A stretch of DNA of 64,000 bases, taken from contig CP070993.1 in NCBI GenBank assembly GCA_017134395.1, positions 189,656 to 253,655 of the forward strand, written 5' to 3'. Under the pieces are notes generated by a model, which saw only the letters and a program-made list of their open reading frames with translations, did not search any database and was not told the origin of the DNA. The position numbers and the translations under genes were made by a program. Positions within the stretch are counted from its first letter, which is position 1. The number at the start of each line of letters is the position of its first letter. This DNA is from Candidatus Kaiserbacteria bacterium. GTDB lineage: Bacteria; Patescibacteriota; Minisyncoccia; Phycocordibacterales; UBA2100. Of this stretch, positions 1 to 8,182 are shown piece after piece.

Positions 1-23
1 TGTTTCTTTTTATAGTTCTGAGT

Positions 24-1271
24 GTGATTCTTAGTACATTGTACCCGCCACTTATCGTGGCTGTTCTGACATGGATTTTTATATTGGCTCCACTCTGGGC
101 ACCTGTAGTTCTTGGTACCATATGGTGGTCGCAGTGGATTAAGTATATCCGAGCAAATTTCATTTCTGCTCAGCCACAAGTACTCTTAGAGATAAAACTT
201 CCTCGACAAATTTTAAAAACACCAAAAGCTATGGAGGCAGTTCTTTCTGGGCTCCATGTTGGTCCTGGAGAAACAACGTTTATATCTCGTTCTTGGGAAG
301 GAAAAGTGCGGCCGTGGTGGTCACTTGAGATTGCTTCAATTGAGGGCAAGATACATTTTTATGTGTGGGCGTGGGAAAAACATCGAGATTTTGTTGAATC
401 ACAATTTTATGCACAATACCCAGACATAGAGATTCACGAGGTGGAAGACTATTCTGCAGGTCTAACTTATGACCCAAGCAAAAATAATGTATGGGGAATG
501 GAATATAAACTTGCTAAAGACGATGCCTATCCAATCAAATCATACATAGACTTCGAACTCGACCAAGATCCAAAAAAAGTCGAACATGTTGTTGATCCAT
601 TGTCAGGTGTGTTTGAAAAGCTAAGCTCATTAGGACCTGGAGAACAAATGTGGATTCAAATTCTCATTCGACAAAATAAAGGCGCCACTATCGATCATAC
701 GTTCGGACGTCGAACTAAATCGTGGAAAGACGAGGCTCAAGAAGAGATTGAAAAAATTTACAAAGACTCAAAGCCGCAGGAAATCGATATCGCTACCGGA
801 GAGATTACTGAAGGGAACTACCCACTCTTAAAACCAGCACAAGTAAACACAATCAAGGCACTCGAACGCAGTGTTGATAAGCAAGGATTCGATGCAGGCA
901 TACGGGCGGTGTACATAACAAAGCCAGATGTCTTTAAGGGAAACAAAATTCCTACAAACATAGTTAATCTTTGGAGCACATTCGGTTCTGGCCATTTAAA
1001 TAAATTCGTTCCGGGTAATACATGGCATGTATCGCTTGATTATCCATGGCAGGATTTTAAAAATATGCGCGCTGCACATTTTTCACACCGTATACTTGAT
1101 GCGTACCGTCGCAGAAGCCTCTTCCATCCACCCTACGAGCGGCCTCGATTTGTACTCACAACCGAGGAGTTAGCAACTATTTATCATTTCCCAACAGAAG
1201 AAACAAAAGCGCCTGGAATCCAACGGATATCATCCACCAAAGGGGATGCGCCAACAAACCTTCCAACATAG
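24..1271 (+). CDS. hypothetical membrane protein. N-terminal TM helix. GTG start at 24, but the frame stays open to the window edge, so it may be 5-prime partial.
   Basis: 415-aa ORF with a hydrophobic N-terminus (LIVAVLTWIFILAPLWAPVVLGTIWW). No recognisable catalytic motif. Confidence 0.45.
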   Translation: MILSTLYPPLIVAVLTWIFILAPLWAPVVLGTIWWSQWIKYIRANFISAQPQVLLEIKLPRQILKTPKAMEAVLSGLHVGPGETTFISRSWEGKVRPWWSLEIASIEGKIHFYVWAWEKHRDFVESQFYAQYPDIEIHEVEDYSAGLTYDPSKNNVWGMEYKLAKDDAYPIKSYIDFELDQDPKKVEHVVDPLSGVFEKLSSLGPGEQMWIQILIRQNKGATIDHTFGRRTKSWKDEAQEEIEKIYKDSKPQEIDIATGEITEGNYPLLKPAQVNTIKALERSVDKQGFDAGIRAVYITKPDVFKGNKIPTNIVNLWSTFGSGHLNKFVPGNTWHVSLDYPWQDFKNMRAAHFSHRILDAYRRRSLFHPPYERPRFVLTTEELATIYHFPTEETKAPGIQRISSTKGDAPTNLPT

Positions 1272-1302
1272 TATGTTTGAGCACTATAAAGAAAAACTAA
1301 AA

Positions 1303-2343
1303 ATGTCTTTTGAACGTCTGTATGTTCGTTTTATATCACATCACGAGAGTGTAAGTGATGCAGTGTACGATTGGCATGACACACGACTAGACAACTTAAA
1401 CCGGCGAACATTCGTTATACTCGCAATTGGTTTAATTTTTGTATCTGTACTGTACGTAGAAAGTTTTCATCCAACGGATGATTTTCCTATTGAACAGTAC
1501 ATAACAATTGAAGAAGGGGAAACGTTGCAATCGCTTGCCCAAGTACTAGAAGACGAGGACATCGTACGAAGCGCCCACTGGTTAGAAATTCTTGTTCGGC
1601 TCCGTGGTGGACAACATTCAGTTCACGCCGGAGATTATCTGTTTGCAAAGCCAGTCGGAGCGTTTTCGGTAGCACGCATTATTACCACTGGAGCGTACGG
1701 TCTTGAGCCAATTAAAATCACTATTCCTGAAGGGGCTACTGTTGCCGATATGGCAATCATTTATGACAGGCGGCTCTTCAAATTCGATGCAGACAAGTTC
1801 CTCCGCGATACGAATGATCTTGAAGGCTACCTTTTCCCCGATACGTATCATTTCCTTCCGAATGTTCGTGAAGATGAAGTAATCCGTGTAATGCAAGATA
1901 CATTCCAATCGCGTATTGCAGAGTTTGAAGACGACCTTGCTGAATCTGAGTATTCGCTTCATGAAATAATTACACTCGCTTCTATTATTGAGAAAGAAGC
2001 GTGGAAGCCAAAAGACCAAAAACTTATATCTGGCGTACTACACAATCGTCTCGACGACGGTATGCGCCTTCAGGTGGATGCAACGTTTACATACACGCAC
2101 GACAAGGGTACCTATGACATAACACTCGCTGAACTCAAAGACGAGGAAAACCCCTACAATACATACGTGCATAAAGGACTCCCACCCGGACCAATTGCGG
2201 CAGTTGGTGAATCTGCAATAAGCGCAGCGTTGAGACCAACACCAAGTAGTTTTTATTTCTATCTCGCTGACCGTACTGGAACAACCTACTTCAGCGCAAC
2301 GTACGCCGAACATCTTGCAAAAAAACGAGTATACGTTGACTAA
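1303..2343 (+). CDS. mltG: endolytic murein transglycosylase MltG (YceG-like). Start taken at MSFERLY; the track ORF begins at 1246 and overlaps the upstream gene.
   Basis: N-terminal TM segment, YceG-like body with a GLPPGPI motif, and a C-terminal FYFYLADRTGTTYFS block typical of the MltG/YceG family. Confidence 0.75.
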   Translation: MSFERLYVRFISHHESVSDAVYDWHDTRLDNLNRRTFVILAIGLIFVSVLYVESFHPTDDFPIEQYITIEEGETLQSLAQVLEDEDIVRSAHWLEILVRLRGGQHSVHAGDYLFAKPVGAFSVARIITTGAYGLEPIKITIPEGATVADMAIIYDRRLFKFDADKFLRDTNDLEGYLFPDTYHFLPNVREDEVIRVMQDTFQSRIAEFEDDLAESEYSLHEIITLASIIEKEAWKPKDQKLISGVLHNRLDDGMRLQVDATFTYTHDKGTYDITLAELKDEENPYNTYVHKGLPPGPIAAVGESAISAALRPTPSSFYFYLADRTGTTYFSATYAEHLAKKRVYVD

Positions 2344-2374
2344 GTAGAGGTGGTTATATATTCTCCTCATACCT

Positions 2375-3427
2375 ATGAAAAAAGTTTTTGTTGCACTTTC
2401 AGGTGGCGTCGATAGTTCAGTTGTCGCTCACATATTACAAAGCCAAGGGTGGGATGTTACCGCGGTTTTTATACGTGTGTGGCAACCTGATTTCATGCCC
2501 TGTACCCAAGACGAAGAAGAACGCGCGGCACTTCGTGTCGCAGCATCACTCGGTATACCATTTCGACGCCTTGACCTCTCTGACGAATATAAGAAAGGTG
2601 TCGTTGATACAATGATCTCAGAATATCGTGCGGGGCGTACACCAAACCCTGATGTGCTGTGTAATGCTGAGATAAAATTTGGTGCATTTCTTAAATACGC
2701 CAAACGTGAAGGAGCTAACAAAATAGCAACAGGTCACCACGCTCGTGTACATACGTCTAATGATACATACACACTCCTACGTGGGGTTGATGAAACTAAA
2801 GATCAAGCGTATTTCTTATGGAAACTCACTCAAGAAGAACTGAGTCATACGTTGATGCCAGTTGGTGAAATGTCTAAGACAGACGTTCGAGAATATGCAG
2901 AAAAACACGCGCTTCCAAGTGCACACAAACCTGATAGCCAAGGGCTCTGTTTTATTGGTCACGTTGATATGAAAACGTTTCTAAAAAACTTCATCGAAGC
3001 AAAGTCAGGACGTGTGCTGGATGAAAACGGAAAAACAATCGGAAATCACGAAGGTATTGAATTCGTTACTCTTGGACAACGAGGGGGGTTCACCATTACA
3101 GACAAAGACGCTCATGGTCGCGTGTACTATGTTGTACAAAAAGATGCAGCAGCTAATACAATTACTGTTTCTACCCAACAGAACACTATCGACACAGAAA
3201 AGGTGGAGATAAAACTTACCGATACCAACTGGCTTATGCCAATTGTGTCTTCAAAAGAATATACGTGTGAAATTCGCTACCATGGTCTACCTATTGTGTG
3301 CACGGTAGAAATAACGGGAGAACATGAAGCACGTGTGCATACAACTACTCCAATCCTCGTAGCAAAAGGACAATCTGTTGTCGTGTATGAAAAGGATGTC
3401 TGCTTCGGCGGAGGAGTGGTTGCCTAA
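2375..3427 (+). CDS. mnmA: tRNA-specific 2-thiouridylase MnmA
   Basis: PP-loop motif SGGVDSS; RTPNPDVLCN and IATGHHARV motifs match the MnmA/TrmU family. Confidence 0.85.
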   Translation: MKKVFVALSGGVDSSVVAHILQSQGWDVTAVFIRVWQPDFMPCTQDEEERAALRVAASLGIPFRRLDLSDEYKKGVVDTMISEYRAGRTPNPDVLCNAEIKFGAFLKYAKREGANKIATGHHARVHTSNDTYTLLRGVDETKDQAYFLWKLTQEELSHTLMPVGEMSKTDVREYAEKHALPSAHKPDSQGLCFIGHVDMKTFLKNFIEAKSGRVLDENGKTIGNHEGIEFVTLGQRGGFTITDKDAHGRVYYVVQKDAAANTITVSTQQNTIDTEKVEIKLTDTNWLMPIVSSKEYTCEIRYHGLPIVCTVEITGEHEARVHTTTPILVAKGQSVVVYEKDVCFGGGVVA

Positions 3428-3481
3428 TTTTATACACGCGAAAAAATGTAATATTTTTCTCTTCGCGTATAATCAGCCTAT

Positions 3482-4327
3482 ATGGCTACATTAATTACAA
3501 AGATGAACGGTGAGCAAGAACCGTTTAATCCAGAAAAACTAGACCGTTCACTTGCACGCGCTGGAGCCTCAGCAGACATACGCAAAAAGATTGTCCAACA
3601 CGTAGTCGAGACAATTCATGATGGCATAACGACACAAGAAATTTACCAACATGCTTTCGATTTGCTTCGCACAGAAGAACGACAACCAGTTGCGGCTCGC
3701 TATTCAGTAAAACGTGCCGTATTAGATTTAGGGCCTTCTGGATTTCCATTTGAACAGTTTGTGGCTGCAATTTTTGAATCGATGGGATATACGGATGTAC
3801 AAACAGGAGTTGCTGCACAAGGAAAGTGTGCACCGCACGAAGTTGACGTCATGGCTGAACACCAAGGAAAACGCATTGCCGCTGAAGTAAAATTCCACAA
3901 CAGCCTTGGTATCAAAACAGATTTAAAAGTAGCTCTCTATGTAAAAGCTAGATTTGATGACCTAACTAATAAGGGACGTGCTGTTGATGAAGGGTGGCTT
4001 ATTACAAATACACGGTTTACTCGTAATGCAGCGCGCTTTGGAAATTGCAGTAACATGCATTTGTTGGGCTGGGACTACCCGCGAGGTCGTGGACTTGAAG
4101 TTCTTATCGACCAAGCGGGGGTACACCCAATTACCGCACTCACTTCTATTAATCAAACAGAGAAACGAGCATTGCTTGATGACAACATTGTCTTATGTCG
4201 ACAGATGCCAAACACTGATGAAGACATGGCGCGCTATGGGATACATGGGGACAACCAAGAAGCTGTTCGCGAAGAGGTGAATGGGCTTTGCACTATCCCA
4301 AAAGTTACACCCATGACAGCACAGTAA
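3482..4327 (+). CDS. ATP-cone domain protein fused to an Mrr-like (PD-(D/E)XK) restriction-endonuclease-fold domain
   Basis: The N-terminus (NGEQEPFNPEKLDRSLARAGASADIRKKIVQHV) resembles the NrdR/RNR ATP-cone. The central part carries a D...E-V-K signature (HEVDVMAEH...RIAAEVKF) typical of the Mrr catalytic fold. Confidence 0.55.
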   Translation: MATLITKMNGEQEPFNPEKLDRSLARAGASADIRKKIVQHVVETIHDGITTQEIYQHAFDLLRTEERQPVAARYSVKRAVLDLGPSGFPFEQFVAAIFESMGYTDVQTGVAAQGKCAPHEVDVMAEHQGKRIAAEVKFHNSLGIKTDLKVALYVKARFDDLTNKGRAVDEGWLITNTRFTRNAARFGNCSNMHLLGWDYPRGRGLEVLIDQAGVHPITALTSINQTEKRALLDDNIVLCRQMPNTDEDMARYGIHGDNQEAVREEVNGLCTIPKVTPMTAQ

Positions 4328-4349
4328 TTAATCGCTACAATACACATAT

Positions 4350-4877
4350 ATGACAAAAATAATTGGAAGCTTTGGGGTAGGATTCGTTCTTGGACTTATT
4401 ATAATTTTAGGATGGAATGCCTATACTGATGCACGTTTAGAAAAAGCGCCAGGACAGACAACAGCACCAGACTCAATCCCTGCAGAGGCGATTGCCCCTA
4501 CAATAAACACCCAAGACGGTGACCCAGTAGCAAACGAAGAAATAACTGCAGCTACACCTTCGGAATATATAACAGTAAACGACCAATCTGCTGGGAGTGC
4601 AGTAACCGTTAGTTTTGCAACACTTTCAGCAAACGGCTGGATTGTAGTACACGAAGAGAGAAATGGATTTATCGGAAATGCGCTTGGTGCTAAGCGAAAA
4701 GATGCCGGTACTCACCAAAATACTGTTATTCCACTTTTGCGTGATACACAGGAGAATACTCGTTACTGGATTGTTCTCTATAGCGATGACGGTGATAAAC
4801 AGTTTAATCTTTCTACCGATTTTCCACTTCGAAATACTGAAAACGACCCAATTACTAGTTCATTTCAGGCACAATAA
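4350..4877 (+). CDS. hypothetical membrane-anchored or secreted protein
   Basis: N-terminal TM/signal-anchor (IIGSFGVGFVLGLIIILGW) followed by a Thr/Ala-rich linker. No known motif. Confidence 0.4.
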   Translation: MTKIIGSFGVGFVLGLIIILGWNAYTDARLEKAPGQTTAPDSIPAEAIAPTINTQDGDPVANEEITAATPSEYITVNDQSAGSAVTVSFATLSANGWIVVHEERNGFIGNALGAKRKDAGTHQNTVIPLLRDTQENTRYWIVLYSDDGDKQFNLSTDFPLRNTENDPITSSFQAQ

Positions 4878-4879
4878 GT

Positions 4880-5380
4880 ATGTTCTTCGAATTTGATCCA
4901 ACTCTTTTCACTATCTTTTTTCAGCTCACCCTTGCCGCAGTGCTCGGGCTCATTCTTGGTGCTGAACGATCTATCGCCGGAAAAAGCGCCGGAATGCGAA
5001 CATTTGCGCTTGTATCACTTGGTGCCTGTTTGTTTACCGTTATTTCTATTCTTATAACAACAGAATACTTTGGGAAGGTAAACTTTGATCCAATGCGTGT
5101 TCCTGCAGCTATTATTACTGGTATTGGATTTATTGGTGCAGGTCTTATTATGTTTCGCCAAAACCTCATGCGCGGATTAACAACAGGTGCAGGTATGTGG
5201 ATTGCCGCTGGAGTAGGAATGGGAGTTGGCTTTGGCTTATATGCCATCGCAGCATACACAACAGCTTTAACACTCTTCATCTTCACTGCTGTATGGTTTA
5301 TCGAAGCAAAATTGAAAGTACACTTTGGTCGGCATAATGTAGAACCGATACGCGGTACTGAGGGCGAGACAGAAGAATAG
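4880..5380 (+). CDS. MgtC/SapB family membrane protein
   Basis: Motifs LAAVLGLILGAERS...GMRTFALVSLGACLF...ITGIGFIGAGLIM are characteristic of the MgtC family. Confidence 0.75.
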   Translation: MFFEFDPTLFTIFFQLTLAAVLGLILGAERSIAGKSAGMRTFALVSLGACLFTVISILITTEYFGKVNFDPMRVPAAIITGIGFIGAGLIMFRQNLMRGLTTGAGMWIAAGVGMGVGFGLYAIAAYTTALTLFIFTAVWFIEAKLKVHFGRHNVEPIRGTEGETEE

Positions 5381-5386
5381 AAAGGT

Positions 5387-6211
5387 ATGTCTTCTTTTTA
5401 TAAACCTCATCGAAAAACAGATTGGAACTACGGTGGCCCGCGATGGAGATTGTCTCGATCAAAAATAGATCTTTTTGTATCGTGTCCTCGCTGTTTTTAT
5501 ATAGACAACAAATTAGGAACTGCACGTCCTCCAGGCTTTCCATTTAACCTTAACTCAGCAGTTGATGCTCTATTTAAGGTTGAGTTTGATTTGCATCGTA
5601 AGGCTCAAACACCACACCCGATTATGGAAGAGTACGGTATCGACGCCGTGCCATTTCAACACGCGGACATAGACGAGTGGCGCGAAAACTTTAAGGGTGT
5701 TGCCGTGTTGCATGAGCCAACGGGCTTTACTGTTTCAGGGGCGGTAGACGATGTGTGGGTAAACAAAGAAGAGGAGTTATTCGTTGTTGACTATAAATCA
5801 ACAAGTAAAGACGAACGCATAGACGCACTCGACCAAGACTGGCATGATGGATACAAACGACAGATGGAGATATACCAGTGGCTGCTTCGACAAAAAGGCT
5901 TCACTGTTTCTAACACTGGATATTTTGTGTACGCAAACGCACGAAAAGACAAAGAAATGTTTGATAATCGCCTTGATTTTGAGACAACCCTCATTAGCTA
6001 CGATGGAAATGATAACTGGATTGAACAAACTCTCGCCAACATACAACTATGTCTTGATGATCCACGGATTCCGAAAGCATCAACTGAATGCGATTACTGC
6101 ACATACCGTGAAGCAGTTGGGACTGTTGTACTCAAAAACAAAGAAGCCCGCACAAGTACCAACTCACCAAAAGAAATACCGAAACAGAAAAAGAATGATA
6201 CGCTTTTTTAG
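5387..6211 (+). CDS. PD-(D/E)XK nuclease family protein (RecB/Cas4-like fold) with four Cys, possibly an Fe-S cluster
   Basis: Motif II/III VVDYKSTSK, a QhxxY-type motif (QMEIYQWLL), N-terminal CPRC and C-terminal CDYC cysteines. Confidence 0.6.
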   Translation: MSSFYKPHRKTDWNYGGPRWRLSRSKIDLFVSCPRCFYIDNKLGTARPPGFPFNLNSAVDALFKVEFDLHRKAQTPHPIMEEYGIDAVPFQHADIDEWRENFKGVAVLHEPTGFTVSGAVDDVWVNKEEELFVVDYKSTSKDERIDALDQDWHDGYKRQMEIYQWLLRQKGFTVSNTGYFVYANARKDKEMFDNRLDFETTLISYDGNDNWIEQTLANIQLCLDDPRIPKASTECDYCTYREAVGTVVLKNKEARTSTNSPKEIPKQKKNDTLF

Positions 6212-6212
6212 T

Positions 6213-6482
6213 ATGACCAAGAATGTTGCATTTTCAGAAAAAGTAAGAGATGTAGTGCGCGCTATACCGAAAGGGGAAGTGCGAACCTATAAAGAAGTAG
6301 CGATTGCAGCTGGTTCACCTCATGCTGCACGCGCCGTAGGTACTATAATGCGGAACAACTATCTTGAGGACGTACCGTGTCATCGAGTTATTCGTTCAGA
6401 TGGTGGTTTAGGTGGCTACAATCGAGGTGGCGTTGCAAAAAAGAAAGAACTTCTTACTCGCGAAGGATTTTATAAAAAATAA
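6213..6482 (+). CDS. MGMT-family protein: a stand-alone methylated-DNA-protein-cysteine methyltransferase C-terminal domain with a PCHR active-site motif
   Basis: Sequence MTKNVAFSEKVRDVVRAIPKGEVRTYKEVAIAAGSPHAARAVGTIMRNNYLEDVPCHRVIRSDGGLGGY. It is the in-frame tail of the track ORF 5844-6482; an ATG at 6213 immediately follows the upstream stop. Confidence 0.65.
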   Translation: MTKNVAFSEKVRDVVRAIPKGEVRTYKEVAIAAGSPHAARAVGTIMRNNYLEDVPCHRVIRSDGGLGGYNRGGVAKKKELLTREGFYKK

Positions 6483-6485
6483 ACA

Positions 6486-6572
6486 CCACCACAAGAGTAC
6501 TTCACTATTTCTAAACACTGCGTATTAAGAAAAATGAACGCCTCAATTGACTGAGGCGTTCATTCATTTTGC
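6486..6572 (+). repeat. repeated roughly 85-nt element, copy A: a conserved 45-nt core (GAGTACTTC..TATTTCTAAACACTGCGTATTAAGAAAAAT) followed by a terminator hairpin
   Basis: About 75-80 percent identical to 41884-41962 over the whole length and near-exact over the core. Hairpin GAACGCCTCA-ATTGAC-TGAGGCGTTC then a T-run. Sits directly after the MGMT stop. Confidence 0.75.
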
Positions 6573-6606
6573 CCATTAACCACGGTGTTTCCTGCCGTTT
6601 TTGTCT

Positions 6607-7887
6607 CTATACTTTTAAAAGCTTCAAAAACGCTTTTTCGTCTGTGTGAGGACCAATGATTGTCAGGTTTAGGTTCTCTGTTTTAAACAAATCTTTTGCA
6701 ACCTTGAGCAGTTGTTGTGCCGTGACCGCATCTACTTTTTTATTGAACGCATCGAGGCCACTTTTCTTACCACGCACAAGTGCTGTGTACCCAATAAACT
6801 GTGCCTGTGCGTCCGTAGTATCAAGAGACAGGGCGAATGTTCCTTTTACGTACTCTTTTCCTTTTTGTAGCTCTTGTGATGTCACAGCTTTTTTAGTTAT
6901 CTTCTTCAATTCTTTCACAATCATAGCGATAGCGTCGTGTGCACTGATGTTTGCAACTCCCGCTCGCATGTAAAAACTTCCGACATCACTGTACACATCA
7001 TTTTCTGCGCGCACGTAGTAGGCAAGCCCTCTCCTTTCACGAACTTCACTAAAAAGCCTACTCGACATACCGCCTCCTAAAATTGCAGCGAGCACTTCGG
7101 CTGCTGCTTCATTCGCATGGTCAAACGGATATGAGGGTACTGATATCACAAGGTGTGTTTGGTCGGTTTTCTTCTTTTTTATATTCACGCGAGGTTCATG
7201 TTGCTCCTCTTCGTACGGAGCACATTCAGGAGTCTCGCCAACTCTCATGTTCTTAAATAGTTTCTCTGCTTCTTTGAGAACCTGTGTCTTAGAGAAAGAA
7301 CCAGCAATACACAGTGCTGAGTTACTCGCCACATAGTTTCGATTAAAGTATTCAGTGAACTGCTTTCGTGTAAATGAAAGAATGTTTTTCTTTGGCCCAA
7401 GGATAGTTCGCCCCAATGGGTGGTTCGCACCAAACAACGTAATGTCGGCATCATCTAACACTGAGCGCATTGGCATGTCTTCGTACATATTAATCTCTTC
7501 GACAACCGCACCTCGTTCTCGTTTTATTTCTTCTGGTGGCAATGTTGGATTCAGGAAAATATCTGAAATAACACTCAACGCAGTACTAATGTGCTTCTTA
7601 TCTACCTTAGCGTAATACGCAGTGTGATCTTTTGACGTAAACGCATTCATTTGCCCACCAACTGCATCTATCTCTTCTGCTATTATCCGAGCACTCTTTC
7701 TGTTCTTTGTGCCTTTAAAAAGCATGTGCTCAAGGAAGTGAGCCATACCGTTTTCTTCTTTTGTCTCATACCGTGAGCCAGTTCCTGTCATCACCATAAC
7801 GGTTACAGACTCTGAGCCGGTTGAAGGTGCGAGCAATACGCGCATTCCGTTTTTTAGTGTATGTGTTTCAAATTTCATAGTCTGCAT
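6607..7887 (-). CDS. M16 family zinc peptidase (pitrilysin/insulinase-like). Start at MQTMKFETH; the track gives 7995.
   Basis: HFLEHMLFKGT inverted zinc-binding motif (HxxEH). An AGAGGT Shine-Dalgarno lies about 7 nt upstream of the ATG at 7887. Confidence 0.8.
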   Translation of the reverse strand: MQTMKFETHTLKNGMRVLLAPSTGSESVTVMVMTGTGSRYETKEENGMAHFLEHMLFKGTKNRKSARIIAEEIDAVGGQMNAFTSKDHTAYYAKVDKKHISTALSVISDIFLNPTLPPEEIKRERGAVVEEINMYEDMPMRSVLDDADITLFGANHPLGRTILGPKKNILSFTRKQFTEYFNRNYVASNSALCIAGSFSKTQVLKEAEKLFKNMRVGETPECAPYEEEQHEPRVNIKKKKTDQTHLVISVPSYPFDHANEAAAEVLAAILGGGMSSRLFSEVRERRGLAYYVRAENDVYSDVGSFYMRAGVANISAHDAIAMIVKELKKITKKAVTSQELQKGKEYVKGTFALSLDTTDAQAQFIGYTALVRGKKSGLDAFNKKVDAVTAQQLLKVAKDLFKTENLNLTIIGPHTDEKAFLKLLKV

Positions 7888-7933
7888 AGCATACCTCTTT
7901 TGCTCAGATTCACAAAAGTGGTATGCTAGAACA

Positions 7934-8158
7934 ATGTTATTTTGGGGATTAACGCTAGGAATTATTGGAAAAATTTTACTCGGTGCAACGGTCATTATGG
8001 TGCACAGTAAGATTACTCACGAGAAACGAATTGACGGGCTTGTCCTTATGGAAATGAAACGAGAAAAGAGGATTGCTCTCTTAGGGATTGCTCTGATGGT
8101 TATTGGGTATGTTCTTGAGCTTACTTTCTATGACTTCCTTGGATTTATATCGTTCTAG
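7934..8158 (+). CDS. small two-helix membrane protein (hypothetical)
   Basis: 74-aa ORF with two hydrophobic helices in a divergent intergenic space. No homology recognised. Confidence 0.3.
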   Translation: MLFWGLTLGIIGKILLGATVIMVHSKITHEKRIDGLVLMEMKREKRIALLGIALMVIGYVLELTFYDFLGFISF

Positions 8159-8182
8159 TGGTACGTTCTTGTAAATAGTGAT

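Noticed and set aside
5844-6212. N-terminal 123 codons of the track ORF 5844-6482 (MMDTNDRWRY...)
   Set aside because: It lies entirely inside, and out of frame with, the PD-(D/E)XK nuclease gene and has no homology. Only the 3-prime part from ATG 6213 (the MGMT domain) is credible.
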